The position numbers and the translations under genes are program-made. Under the pieces are notes generated by a model that saw nothing but the letters and a program-made list of their open reading frames with translations, ran no database searches and had not been told where the DNA came from. Of a stretch of 64,000 nucleotides of DNA, positions 20,738 through 34,831 are shown piece after piece (position 1 is the stretch's first letter; each line of letters begins with the position of its first letter). Origin of the DNA: Anaeromyxobacter sp. (GTDB taxonomy: Bacteria > Myxococcota > Myxococcia > Myxococcales > Anaeromyxobacteraceae); the NCBI GenBank assembly GCA_049840735.1, contig JASGJN010000014.1, forward strand, positions 32,001 to 96,000. The letters run 5' to 3'.

Positions 20738-22069
20738 TCAGCGCCGTCCGCGTGACGGCCCCGCGGCGCCGGTCCGGAGGCCGTCACCCCGGCCCGCGCC
20801 TCGGCCGGGCCGGCCCTGCGCCGTCGCGAGCGAGACCGCTCCGAAGCCGAAGCGCGCCCTGAGGCTGTCCACGACCGCTCCGACCCGCTCGTTGCGATCG
20901 AACAGGGGGAGCTGCTCGAACGCCCCCAGGTTCGAGAGCTGCAGCCCGAGCAGCCGGATGGGCAGCCGCCGGGTGCGCGCCGCGACGAACATGGCCTTCA
21001 CGACCGGGAAGAGCTCGAGCTCCGAGCTGGTCGCCGACGTGGTCTGCGAACGCGTCAGCGTGTGGAAGTCCGCGTAGCGCAGCTTGAGGGTCACCGTCCG
21101 GGCCTTCACGTGGCGCCGGCGCGCGCGCCAGCAGACCCGCTCGCAGAGGCCGCACAGGACCGCCTCGATGGACGCAGGGTCGTCGACGTCCTCGGCGAAG
21201 GTGCGCTCGTTGGAGATGCTGCCGACCGCCTCGCCCTCCGGGTCGTGCTCCGTGAACGCGGGGCGTTCGCGGCCGAGCTGGCCCGAGCCCAGCCCCCGGA
21301 CGCCGCGCGAGATCGACGCCGCCCAGGCGCCGAAGATCTCCTGGAGGTCCACGAGCGGGGCCTCGGCCACCTGGCCCAGGGTCCGGTAGCCGGCGGCGTT
21401 CAGCTTGGCCTCCCCGACCGGACCGATGCCCGGGAAGGACCGCACCGGCAGCGGCGCGAGCACCTCGCGCTCGACGCCCGCGGGGACCAGCATCACGCCG
21501 CGGGGCTTGGCCAGCGCCGACGCGACCTTGGCCACCACCAGGCTGGTGGCGATCCCGGCGCTCGAGGGCAGGCCGACCTCGTCGTGGATGGCGCCGGTGA
21601 GCCGGAGCACCGCCCGCTCGATGACGCCGTCCCCGGCCCGCTCCGCGCCCGCCGGCGAGCTGGCCAGGTCCCCAGCGCCGTGGAGCCGCTCGCAACCGGA
21701 GAAGTCGAGGTACATCTCGTCGATGCTGGCGACCCGCACCCTGGGCGTGAACCGGCGGGCCAGCTCGCGCACGCGCTCGGCGTAGGTGCCGTACAGCTCG
21801 TGGCGTGTGGGCAGGTAGATCGCCTGCGGCGCCAGCCGCCCCGCCTCGACCAGCGACATGCCCGACTTCACGCCCAGGCGCCGCACCTCGTAGCTGGCGG
21901 CGGTGACCACGCCGCGGCTCCCGGGCTTGCCGCCCACCACCACCGGCTTGCCCTCGAGCGTCGGGTCGAGGAGCCGCTCCACCGAGACGAAGAAGGTGTC
22001 GAGGTCCAGGCAGCAGATGCGCGGCGCCTGGAGCGGCTGTTCACGCGCGAGTTCCGACGCCTGGCCCAT
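20738..22069 (-). CDS. dinB: DNA polymerase IV (Y family)
   Basis: CLDLDTFFVSVE, VVTAASYE, SIDEMYLD, AKPRG, SISNERTF, TLKLRYADF. Confidence 0.93.
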   Translation of the reverse strand: MGQASELAREQPLQAPRICCLDLDTFFVSVERLLDPTLEGKPVVVGGKPGSRGVVTAASYEVRRLGVKSGMSLVEAGRLAPQAIYLPTRHELYGTYAERVRELARRFTPRVRVASIDEMYLDFSGCERLHGAGDLASSPAGAERAGDGVIERAVLRLTGAIHDEVGLPSSAGIATSLVVAKVASALAKPRGVMLVPAGVEREVLAPLPVRSFPGIGPVGEAKLNAAGYRTLGQVAEAPLVDLQEIFGAWAASISRGVRGLGSGQLGRERPAFTEHDPEGEAVGSISNERTFAEDVDDPASIEAVLCGLCERVCWRARRRHVKARTVTLKLRYADFHTLTRSQTTSATSSELELFPVVKAMFVAARTRRLPIRLLGLQLSNLGAFEQLPLFDRNERVGAVVDSLRARFGFGAVSLATAQGRPGRGAGRGDGLRTGAAGPSRGRR

Positions 22070-22082
22070 GGCCGGACGATAA

Positions 22083-22098
22083 CTGATCGCTTGTTCAG
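22083..22098. promoter_or_regulatory. Probable LexA (SOS) box CTGATC-GCTT-GTTCAG
   Basis: Imperfect palindrome of CTGAAC-N4-GTTCAG type immediately upstream of the dinB ATG; resembles the myxobacterial LexA consensus ending GTTCAG. Confidence 0.7.
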
Positions 22099-22294
22099 TG
22101 GCAAGCCTCAGCGGCGCGCCGCCTACCGGCCTGGTCGGACAGCGGACGCCGCCTGGGGGATGACGCTCCGAGGCGCAGGTCGAATGGGTGGCCGCCGCCA
22201 TCCCAGGTTGTCGATCGGACCTCGACCGGCCATCTCTTCTCGCCGACCGGTCGAACCGGGCTCGAGCGCAGGTCGACCAGACGGAGACGTGCAC

Positions 22295-22909
22295 ATGCCC
22301 AAGATCGTCGTGAACGCATTCCTGACCCTGGACGGCGTCATGCAGGCTCCTGGCGGCCCTGACGAGGACCGCGAGGGCGGCTTCGCCCACGGAGGCTGGC
22401 AGGCTCCCTACTCCGAGGAGGCCATGGGACGGCTGGTGACCGAGGGGATCGCCGACGCCGACGGGTTCCTGCTCGGGCGCAAGACCTACGACATCTTCGC
22501 CGGCTACTGGCCCAAGGTCACCGACCCCGCCAACCCCATCGCGACCGCGCTCAACTCGCGGCCCAAGTACGTAGTCTCGCGCAGCCTCCAGCGCGTCACC
22601 TGGAACAACTCCAGCCTGATCAAGGGCGACGTGGTGGCGGGGCTCCAGGCCCTGCGGCAACAGCCCGGCCGGACGGTACAGACCTGGGGCAGCGCCGAGC
22701 TGCTGCAGACGCTGCAGAAGAACGACCTCATCGACGAGTACCGGCTGTTCATCTACCCGCTGGTGCTCGGCACCGGGAAGCGGCTCTTCGGCAGCGGCAC
22801 CGTGCCGGCCGCGTTCAAGCAGGTGGAGTCGGTTACCACCGGTAAAGGTGTGACGTACAAGCGACTGGAGCCCGCCGGGAAGCCGGAGTACGGGGTGGTC
22901 GGGGAGTAG
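22295..22909 (+). CDS. Dihydrofolate reductase/RibD C-terminal family protein
   Basis: FLTLDGVMQAPGG, LLGRKTYDIF, PKYVVS, GSAELL, LIDEYRL..P..LGTGKRLF. Confidence 0.9.
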   Translation: MPKIVVNAFLTLDGVMQAPGGPDEDREGGFAHGGWQAPYSEEAMGRLVTEGIADADGFLLGRKTYDIFAGYWPKVTDPANPIATALNSRPKYVVSRSLQRVTWNNSSLIKGDVVAGLQALRQQPGRTVQTWGSAELLQTLQKNDLIDEYRLFIYPLVLGTGKRLFGSGTVPAAFKQVESVTTGKGVTYKRLEPAGKPEYGVVGE

Positions 22910-23101
22910 GCTTCACGCCGAGGCGGCCACGCGAACGACGAAGGCCGCGACCGACGGCTTCCGGCCTCACCTGCCTGCGGGCCGGGCTCTTCGCGAGAAG
23001 ACACGGCGCTGCTTGTGTCGCCCCATCTGTCACCAAGGTTGGTATGAAGGTCACCCGTGCGCTCGGGCTCGGACCACTCGGCGCGCCCGCCTGGGAGAGA
23101 G

Positions 23102-25803
23102 ATGAGCGACGGCAACCTCACGCTGGGCCTGACTCCCCACGGCCACGTCGTGACCACGGTCGACGACGACGTCTCCGCGCTCGAACCTTCGCGTGCGCAG
23201 CGCATCGAGCGCTCCTTCGCGCGCGGGCCAGGCCACGGGCTCCTCCACCTCGGGGCCGCCGAGGTTGGGACCTTCCTGCCGCCGGTCCTCGGCTACTGGC
23301 GAGACTTCGCCACCCGCTTCGTGTCTGCCCTGTGCACGAGCCAGGCCGCGGATGACCCTGACGTGCTGCTGGTTCCGCGACCGCCGCCCACCGAGGTGCT
23401 CGAGGAGCTCGCGACCGCGGCTCCGCCGATGTCCGGAGCCGAGTACCTCGACGCGGAGGTCCTGACGACGCTCTGGACCGACCTGGGCGAGGCCTTCGCC
23501 GAGGAGCACCGTGCCTCGCGGGCCACGCTCCAGGCGTTCCTGACGAGCCTCAACCCTGCCTGGAACCTCGTCGGGCGCGTCCACTTCAACCTCGCCGAGA
23601 ACCGCCGCGACGAGGAGGCGCCCTTCGCCTTCCTGGCGACCTACACCAGCAAGCTGTCGGCCCACGGCAAGGCGCAGCACCTCCCCCTCGGCGAGGCCCT
23701 GCGAGAGTACGCCGGCGCAGCCGACAGGCCGCGCCTGCTCTCGCTGCTCGTGCCCGTGCAGCGCGCCGCAGAGCGCTGCGGCTGGCTCCGGGAGATGGTG
23801 GACGCTGGCGAGGTCTTCCATCCGCTCCGCTGGTCGCCGAAGGAGGCCTGCCGGCTCCTGGGCGACGCGCCGGAGCTGGAGGCGGCCGGCGTGGTGGTGC
23901 GGATGCCGGCGAGCTGGCGTTCCGGTCGCCCTGCCCGCCCGCTGGTGACCGCGACCGTCGGCGCCGCTGCGCCCCCCCAGCTCGGCAAGGACGCGCTGTT
24001 GGATTTCCGCGTGAGCCTGACGCTCGACGGAGAGGCGCTGAGCCCTGCGGAGGCGAAGGCGCTCCTGGCGACCACCAGCGGCCTGGCCCTCATCCGTGGC
24101 CGGTGGGTCGAGGTCGACCGCGGGCGGATCTCCCGGACGATGCAGCGCCTCCAGGAGGTCCAGGCGCTGGCAGACGAGCGCGGAATCACCTTCGCCGAGG
24201 CGATGCGCGCGCTCGCGGGGGCCGACGTCACGGGCGAGGGCACGGGGTCGAGCCCGGACGTGCAGTGGTCGCAGATCGTGGCCGGCCCGTGGCTCGCCGA
24301 CGTGCTGAAGGGCTTGCGCTCACCGGAGGGGCTCGCACAGGTGACGCCCGGGCGTGAGCTTCGCGGCACGCTCCGCCCCTACCAGGAGGTCGGCCTTCGA
24401 TGGCTGCACCTCCTCACCAGCCTGGGGCTCGGCGCATGCCTTGCCGACGACATGGGGCTCGGCAAGACCATCCAGGTGTTGTCGCTCCTGCTCGTGAGAC
24501 GGGCTGCCCGCACGAAGCACCTCCCCAGCTTGCTGGTGGCGCCGGCCTCCCTCCTCGCCAACTGGATGGGAGAGATCGAGCGGTTCGCGCCGGGGCTCAG
24601 GGCGGTGGTCGCCCATCCCTCGGCCATGCCGGCCAGCGAGCTCGCGGCCATGGACGCGCGGAGGCTCTCGGCGACGGACCTCGTCATCACCAGCTACGGC
24701 TCGCTGCTCCGGCTACCGTGGACCGCCTCCACCGCCTGGGACCTCGTGATCCTCGACGAGGCCCAGGCCATCAAGAACCCCGGCGCCAAGCAGACCCGGG
24801 CGGCCAAGAAGCTCTCCGCCCGGAGCCGGATCGCGCTCACCGGGACCCCCATCGAGAACCGGCTGGGCGATCTCTGGTCCATCTTCGACTTCACGAACCC
24901 CGGGCTCCTCGGCTCGGCGAAGGAGTTCACCGCCTACGCGAAGCGCCTCGCGGCCGCGGAGGGCACGGCCTATGGACCGCTGCGAAAGCTCGTCCGGCCG
25001 TACGTCCTGCGGCGGCTCAAGACCGACAAGGCCGTCATCTCCGATCTGCCGGGGAAGACGGAGGTGAAGGCCTTCTGCCCGCTCAGCCGCAAGCAGGCGG
25101 CGCTCTACCAGCAGGCCGTCGAGGAGCTAGGCCGGGAGCTCGAGCGCACGGACGGGATCCGGCGCCGCGGGGTCGTCCTCGCGAGCCTCACGCGCCTCAA
25201 GCAGATCTGCAACCACCCTTCCCAGTGGCTCGGCGACGGCGCCTGGGCCGAGGACGACAGCGGGAAGTGGGCCCGGCTGCGGGAGATCGCCGAGGTGCTC
25301 GCCTCCCGGCAGGAGAAGGCGCTGGTCTTCACCCAGTTCCGCGAGGTGGTCGGTCCGCTCTCCGCATTCCTCGGCGGCGTCTTCGGCCGGCCGGGGCTGA
25401 TGCTCCACGGCCAGACCGAGGTGAAGGAGCGAAGGGAGCTGGTGCGGCGGTTCCAGGAGGACGAGTCGGTCCCTTCTTCGTGCTGTCGCTCAAGGCGGGC
25501 GGCTCGGGGCTCAACCTCACCGCCGCCTCGCACGTGGTGCACTTCGACCGATGGTGGAACCCGGCGGTCGAGGACCAGGCGAGCGACCGCGCCTTCCGCA
25601 TCGGCCAGCGGCGGAACGTGCTCGTCCACAAGCTCGTCTGCAAGGGGACCGTGGAGGAGCGCATCGACGCGCTCATCGAATCGAAGAAGCGGCTGACGCG
25701 GGATCTGCTAGAAGGGGGCGCGGAGCTGAACCTGACCGAGCTGGAGGACGAGGAGCTGCTCCGCCTCGTCGCCCTCGACCTGGGCGCGGCCCTGAAGGAG
25801 TGA
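23102..25803 (+). CDS. SNF2-family helicase; one -1 frameshift at ~25471 (C run)
   Basis: [38 protein letters not shown]; second frame [32 protein letters not shown]; adding 1 nt gives 901 codons. Confidence 0.9.
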
Positions 25804-25807
25804 CAAC

Positions 25808-26675
25808 GTGTTCGACGACTGGCGCCCCTACGTACCGGTCGCGGAGCGCCGCCGCAGGGCCGAGCGGGAGATGCAGCGGCGCCGCAAGAAGGGCCACCCC
25901 GTGTCGCCCGTCGTGGTCGAGGGACGGACCATCGCGCGGACCTTCTGGGGAAAGGCGTGGTGCGACAACCTCGAGCGCTACAGCGACTTCGCCAACCGCC
26001 TGCCCCGGGGGCGCACGTACGTGCGGAACGGCTCCGTGGTGGACCTCCAGAATCTCTCCCGGCCTCGTCGCCGCCTTCGTCTCGGGGTCGGAGCTCTACG
26101 AGGTCGCGGTGAAGATCGCTCCCGTCCCCGGGCCGCGGTGGACGGCGATTTGCCGGGACTGCGCCGGCGCCATCGACTCGGTGGTCGAGCTGCTCCAGGG
26201 GCGCTTCTCGACCGGCGTCATGGAGCGGATCAGCCGACAGGACACCGGGCTCTTCCCGGCGCCGGGGCAGATCGAGCTCTCCTGCAGCTGCCCGGACTGG
26301 GCCGACCTGTGCAAGCACGTCGCGGCCGTCCTCTACGGCATCGGCGCCCGCCTCGACCACGAGCCAGAGTTGCTCTTCCGGTTGCGGGGGGTGGACGAGA
26401 AGGACCTGCTCGCCACGGCCGGCGGCAGCGCTTCGCTGTCGAAGGCCGCACCTGCGCAGGCGAAGGTCCTCGCCTCCGACCAGCTCTCGGAGCTGTTCGG
26501 GATCGAGCTCGCCGCGCCCTTCCAGGAGAAGGGCGTGCGCGAGGACGGCAGGCCGTCTCGAAGGTCCCGTCGTCCGACAGCGAAGGCCGCAAGACCGGCG
26601 GTGAAACCAAAGGGCGAGGGTCACCAGCGTCCAAGACGACCGCTCGCTCGAGCAGCGAGGAAGGCCCGCCGATGA
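25808..26675 (+). CDS. SWIM zinc-finger protein; one +1 frameshift at ~26052
   Basis: TFWGKAWCDNLE, NRLPRGRTY; CSCPDWADLCKH SWIM motif; removing 1 nt at GAATC 26050-26054 gives 289 codons. Confidence 0.88.
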
Positions 26676-26815
26676 CGATGCGCCCGTTCCACGACCTCTT
26701 CCCGGAGCTCGCCGAACGCCAGCGCCTCCCGGACCACCGCACGAGGACGAATCCCAGACCTTCCTCGACCCGCTCAACCCCGCCACTACCTCGCCTGGAA
26801 GTCCATCGTCGATGA
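26672..26815 (+). pseudogene. Short truncated ORF (MTMRPFHDLFPELAERQ...) coupled to the SWIM gene stop
   Basis: ATGA overlap with upstream stop; loses coding character after ~17 codons at the island junction. Confidence 0.3.
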
Positions 26816-26915
26816 CCCCGGGCACCCCGACCACCATAAGGTCCTCCTCGAGTCCATCACCTGCGCACTCGGACCCGCTCTAGCGCGAGGAGGGCTTCGG
26901 CCCCGTTCCTGCGGA

Positions 26916-28148
26916 TCAGGTGAACCGGGTGATGACCTCGAAGCCCACGGTGTCGAAGGTGGTCATCCGCCGGAGCGTGTCGGTGATGTCGCCAAGAGCG
27001 ACCTGGCGGGTCACCAGCCTTGCGGGATCGAGCTTTCTGCGGGCCACCAGGGAGAGCAGCTCGGCATATTGGGGATGGGGATTTCCCAGCGATCCGACGA
27101 CCTCCAGCTCCAACATGGTCAACATGTCGAGCGGGAGTGAGACCTGACCACGCTCTTCCTGCGAGGTGATGCCGACCTGCACGTGACGGCCCCGCTTGCG
27201 CAGCGACCGGAACGACTGCTCGAAGGTGAACGCGCGGCCCAGTGCGTCGATCGAGACGTGCGCGCCGCCGCCCGTCAGCTCCTTGACGGCATCGCCGACC
27301 TGAGCCGGCGTGAGCGCGCCGGCGTTGATGGTGGCGACCGCGCCTTCTTCGCGCGCCTTGGCGAGCTTGCGGTCATCGACGTCGACGGCGACGACCAACG
27401 CCTCGGAGGCTGCCGCGATCTGGACGGCCGACAGCCCGACCCCACCGCATCCCTGAACCGCCAGCCATTCGCCGGGCCTGGCCTGCCCTCGGCCGGTGAC
27501 AGCCCGGTAGGCCGTCATGAAGCGACAACCCAGTGCGGCGGCCGAGAGCGCGCTAACGCCTTCAGGCAGCTTGATGCAGTTGAGGTCGGCCGCTCGCACC
27601 GTCGCGTACTGCGCCCAGCCGCCGATCCGCTGGTCTCTCGGGACGGGGTTGTCGCACAGGTTCTGATACCCGCCGCGGCACGACGGACACGTGCCGTCGG
27701 CGGAATGGAACGGGATGGTGACGCGATCGCCGACCTTGATCGCGCGCACGGCAGGTCCGACCTCCTCGACGATGCCGCCCACCTCGTGCCCGGTATTGGT
27801 CGGCAGTTTCAGCTCGAAGCCGAACCAGGTGAGGTCGTGATTCCAAAAATGCCAATCGCTCCGGCAGATGCCGCTGGCTTCCACGCGTATGATCGCGCCG
27901 TCGGGGGGCAGCGGCAAGACGGCCTGATCGACCACTTCGATGGGCCCGCGAAAGCTCGACATCTGCGCAGCACGCATGATGCGCGGAGCGCTCCTGGTCC
28001 CACGGGCGCTTGCTTGCCCCGCCTCGACGGTGCCGGTCGCGAACAGGGCGGCCGCGGCCACTCCGGTCGAACCGACGAGCTTCAGCGCATCGCGCCTGCT
28101 CATGTTGCTTGCGGGGTCATTCGAAGCTGCTGCATCAGGTGGCTTCAT
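26916..28148 (-). CDS. Zinc-dependent alcohol dehydrogenase (MDR family) with twin-arginine-like N-terminus
   Basis: GICRSD, GHEVGG, DGTCPSC..C, GCRFMT, GCGGVG; SRRDALK plus hydrophobic stretch; GGAGG RBS before ATG 28148 (alternative start 28103). Confidence 0.88.
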   Translation of the reverse strand: MKPPDAAASNDPASNMSRRDALKLVGSTGVAAAALFATGTVEAGQASARGTRSAPRIMRAAQMSSFRGPIEVVDQAVLPLPPDGAIIRVEASGICRSDWHFWNHDLTWFGFELKLPTNTGHEVGGIVEEVGPAVRAIKVGDRVTIPFHSADGTCPSCRGGYQNLCDNPVPRDQRIGGWAQYATVRAADLNCIKLPEGVSALSAAALGCRFMTAYRAVTGRGQARPGEWLAVQGCGGVGLSAVQIAAASEALVVAVDVDDRKLAKAREEGAVATINAGALTPAQVGDAVKELTGGGAHVSIDALGRAFTFEQSFRSLRKRGRHVQVGITSQEERGQVSLPLDMLTMLELEVVGSLGNPHPQYAELLSLVARRKLDPARLVTRQVALGDITDTLRRMTTFDTVGFEVITRFT

Positions 28149-28183
28149 CCTGGGGCCTCCATCCACTGCGAGCGGGAAACGCA

Positions 28184-28331
28184 TCACTTCCTGAGAATCC
28201 TTCCGAGGAACTCCCTCAGCCTGGTCATGGCGGCGTCCGCGCACCTGGGGAGCCAGTACGTCTCGATGTGCCTGGCACCGTCGATCTCGCGGAGTTCCTT
28301 GTCCTTCGTGCCGGTGGCCTCGGCGAACGCG

Positions 28332-28333
<2 letters not shown>
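28184..28333 (-). pseudogene. C-terminal remnant of an alpha/beta hydrolase (YcjY-like)
   Basis: Start-less 49 aa frame DAFAEATGTKDKELREIDGARHIETYWLPRCADAAMTRLREFLGRILRK*; KEL..IDGA.H.E.Y pattern. Confidence 0.55.
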
Positions 28334-31351
<3,018 letters not shown>

Positions 31352-31356
<5 letters not shown>

Positions 31357-31780
31357 GACGACGGTAGATCCACGGCGCGGCGGGCTTGTCCATTTGGGAC
31401 GACGACCCGGAAGATCCATCTGGGATGGGGGCTTTCCAGTGATTGGGGCGCCCGACGCGGCCGAAGTCGATCCCGTCGAGCAGCATCGCGAGCTGCGTGG
31501 CGTCGATCTCCGACGGCCATCGTGGACGGGTCCATGTGCGGCAGCTTGAACTGGCCGCGCTCGCAGTCGCTTGTAGACGAGCACGAAGCCGCCCCTTGTC
31601 CCACGCCAGGATCTTCACCCGGTCGGCGCCGCCGCGGACACAAAGATGAAGAGGTGGCCCGAGTAGGCATCCTCCTTCATCTCCTGCTGCACGATGGCGG
31701 TGAGGCCGTCGATCGACTTCCGCATGTCGATGGGGCGTGGTGCCGATCAGGATGCGGACCGACTGCGGGATCCCGATCAC
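31352..31780 (-). pseudogene. tnpB: IS66 accessory protein TnpB, frameshifted
   Basis: MIGIPQSVRILIGT, DMRKSIDGL (second frame), DRVKILAWD, QLAMLLDGID. Confidence 0.8.
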
Positions 31781-31783
31781 GGC

Positions 31784-32028
31784 CTACAGCGCCGCCGCCA
31801 GCGAGCGCACGTACCTGGGATCGGTGCCGACGGGGAAGCGCACCCGGACGCCGGAGAGGAGCGCGATCCTCGACCATCTCGCCCCAGGCTCACCCGCCAC
31901 CACCGAGGTCCGCGCGCTTCGCCCCGCGGACGCTACCACACGGAACCGGCACCAGACGCGAGCCCGTCGGGCGCGGGCGCCCGCTCAGGGGCTTGACCAG
32001 GCACCTTGGGCGGCTCCGGCTGCAGGGG
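31784..32028 (-). pseudogene. tnpA: IS66 TnpA C-terminal fragment
   Basis: RLVPV.. and EIALLSGVRVRFPVGTDPRYVRSLAAAL* immediately before tnpB. Confidence 0.65.
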
Positions 32029-33731
32029 CAGACCCGATCCGCGCTGACGCGGGATGATCTTGGCCGGCATCACGGCGCCGCTCTCGCAGCGGCGGGACGC
32101 ACGTCGCCCAAGCGGCGTCGACCGCGGGACGGGTCATGCTGTCTGCGCGCAATGAAGAAGGGGCGGCCCAGCGGGCCGGTGGTTCAGGTGACGGCGGCGG
32201 CCGCCATGCCGCGGTGGTCGGCGACGCGGGCGGCGAGCAGCGCGTCGCGGAGGGTCTCGGCCGCGCGCGCCCAGGCGGTGGGACGGCCGTCCTTGCGAGG
32301 CGCCAGGGCCCGCCAGGCCGTCAGGGCGTTGTAGCCGATGATCCGTAGCCAGCTGACGGTCTCGATGGCGGCCCGGTTCGCCTGGCAGGGGTGGCCATCG
32401 TCCTCGCCCAGCACCACGTCCAGGGTCCAGTGGCAGCCGTTCTCGATCCCCCAGTGCAAGCGGACGAGCGCCAGTTCGTCGTCACGGGTCAGGGTCCCGG
32501 CGGGGATCGAGGTGACGAAGTACCGCTGCTCGACCCCCACGATCTCGCCGCGCCGGTCGGTCGTCGTCTGGCAGACGTACCAGAGCTGCTGGGCGCCCAC
32601 CATGCCGACCGACGGGCCGCCGGCGACGTCGCGGACATACAGCTCGCGCACGATGGTGTGGCCCCTGTACCGTTCGGTGGTCCGGGCGACCGGGTCACCG
32701 ATCGTGTACTCACCGTGCTCGCGGGCGAAGGCGTGCAGGTACGGCTGGTTGCCCTTGAGGCCGAACAGGTACCAGCAGCCGAGCGAGTTCACGAGCTGGG
32801 CGTTCTCCCGGGCGCAGAGACCAGCGTCTCCGGTGACGATGCGGAAATGCGCGCCCAGCTGCTCGCAGAGCTTGGGGAGCAGCTCCCGGAAGGCGGGGGA
32901 CTCGCCCTCCTTGGAGCCGATGATCCTCTGGCCGACGCAGGGGCAGGCCGCGGAGGAAGTCAGCGCGGCGCGGAGGGCGCCGAACGTCTGCACCGACGAG
33001 CCGGCGGCGTCGTAGGCGGACTGCAGGGCGCCCGGCAGTTCCTCGCCGTCGACCCGGGACCAGGTCCCCTTGCCGTCGAAGCTCATCACGCCGATGGGGA
33101 AGCGGTCGTGCCTCACCACCTTGCGGGCGACCAGCGCCTTCGCCTGCGCGAAGACCGTCTCTTCCAGGCCGGCCGGCGACTGCTGGGCGAGCAGGCGGTA
33201 GAGGGTGGTGTCGCACGGCTTCCCCGCGACCGGGAGGCCCAGCGCTCGGCGCGCGCCCAGGCCCAGGTCAGCGAAGAAGTCCTCTGCGCGGCGCAGGGTC
33301 CGGCAGCCCACGGAGAACGCGGCCGCCAGACCGCCCAGCAGGCCCAGGTGGTCGTGGACCACCCAGGCCTCCTCGCGCGGGTCCTCGACCCCGTGGTCCC
33401 AGGGGATGTCGGCGTGCCGCAGGGCACGTCGGGCTTGTGTTTCGGTGATCGGCATGATCTCCTGCTCCTCGGCCTGCTTCTCGTTTTGCGCGAGTTCGGC
33501 CGTCTTTGGGGTGGGGGCCCGCATAGCCTCCACCCCTTCTCCATTTTGCGCGGGCGGGATGATCAACCGAGGAGCATCGCGCCGTCGATCTTCGGCGATC
33601 AGAAATCGACGCGGCGGGCGGGCGGGGCGCGCTCGCTCTACGAAACCGACCCCGATCTCGGCGCGCGCAGGAATTTCAAGCGCCGCAGGCGCGAGCGCGG
33701 TGGCGCGAGGAGTCAGCGCGAATCAGGTCTG
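32029..33731 (-). mobile_element. ISAs1-family element, copy 1 (1703 bp), no target duplication
   Basis: 20-bp TIRs CAGACCTGATTCGCGCTGAC / CAGACCCGATCCGCGCTGAC (18/20); flanks GGCTGCAGGGG and CCCCGACACCC differ. Confidence 0.9.
32184..33455 (-). CDS. ISAs1-family transposase
   Basis: SFDGKG, TGDAGLC, LKGNQP, HWGIENGCHWTLDV signature. Confidence 0.9.
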   Translation of the reverse strand: MPITETQARRALRHADIPWDHGVEDPREEAWVVHDHLGLLGGLAAAFSVGCRTLRRAEDFFADLGLGARRALGLPVAGKPCDTTLYRLLAQQSPAGLEETVFAQAKALVARKVVRHDRFPIGVMSFDGKGTWSRVDGEELPGALQSAYDAAGSSVQTFGALRAALTSSAACPCVGQRIIGSKEGESPAFRELLPKLCEQLGAHFRIVTGDAGLCARENAQLVNSLGCWYLFGLKGNQPYLHAFAREHGEYTIGDPVARTTERYRGHTIVRELYVRDVAGGPSVGMVGAQQLWYVCQTTTDRRGEIVGVEQRYFVTSIPAGTLTRDDELALVRLHWGIENGCHWTLDVVLGEDDGHPCQANRAAIETVSWLRIIGYNALTAWRALAPRKDGRPTAWARAAETLRDALLAARVADHRGMAAAAVT

Positions 33732-34813
33732 CCCCGACACCCTGGCTGCGTCGCTCCTCGGCGACCGCCATCGCCAGCTCGGGCACATCCGGCGCAATCG
33801 CTCCCCAGGAAGGATCTGCCGCTGGGAAGCACCTGCCGATCGCGGCCCCGACTGGACGGCCCGACCAGAACGCTACGAGCGCCACGTCGCCGCGTCCGAC
33901 GGGAGGTTGTACCCAGCGGGCAGCGTGCGGAAACGAGAGTGCCTCCGCAAGAGTTGGAAGGGTGCGCCCGGGCGGGAAGCAGGCGGCGATCAGCATCTCG
34001 GTCACGAACCCCTCATCCCCCGCCCGCGCAGGCCCGAACACGAGGTCACGAGGGTCGAACGCCATGCCGGAGGATAGCGCCGGTCTTCGCGGAGTCTCTA
34101 GGCGGACATCGTACTCGTCCAGGCGGCCACCGAATCGCGCCAGCACAGCATCCGTGAGCCCCACCACGAGGTCGCGAGGGAAACCGACCCTCACGCACGC
34201 AGCCACTTGGGAAGCAAGCGGAGCGTCGATTCGTTCGACAAGGCGAAGTACGTCGCGAGTTGGCGGCTGCCAGACTCTCTGAAGAGCACACGCTGCTTCG
34301 AGGCTGGCGCGAACGCACTCAGAACCGACAAGCTGGGTCGCGACATCGCTCGCGTCCAGGTCGGTAAGGTCTCGAACGAGATTCGTAAGGCGAAATCTCC
34401 AGGTGAGCTCCGCTTCCGGGGACAGCTTCGTCGGTCCGCGCCTCCAGGCCGTTGACGCGAGTTCGCAGAGCGCTCGTACCTGCTCGGTACAATCGAGAAG
34501 GACCTCACCTGTTGCGAAGGCGTGCACGACAGGCGCGAGTTCAGCTTCGAATCCGGCCCTTCATCTGGCCGACCGAGCCGAAGGACACCTCGACCAACAC
34601 CTGGTCGACGACGCGCCCGAGGTGCCGCGTGCTCTCGCGGCTCGTGATGGCGTAGACGTCCACGTCCGAGAGAGGCCTTGCTTCTCCGCGTTGGGAGGAG
34701 CCGAAGTACAGGAGCCCGATCACGTCGTCGTGCGCCGCGAGCTCAGCCGCGATGGCTTCCGCGGCGTGGCGAAAACGGGGGTCCTGTCCGGGTGACGGGG
34801 GCAACGTGGACAT
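33732..34813 (-). pseudogene. Nucleotidyltransferase (MNT-like + helical domain) reading into a GNAT acetyltransferase; +1 frameshift at ~34551; 3' end truncated by ISAs1 copy 1
   Basis: LLYFGSSQRGEARPLSDVDV (GS..DxD); GNAT motif A 'MAVAEERRSQGVG' ends at the IS TIR. Confidence 0.7.
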
Positions 34814-34831
34814 GGTCGCAGGCGCGTGATC

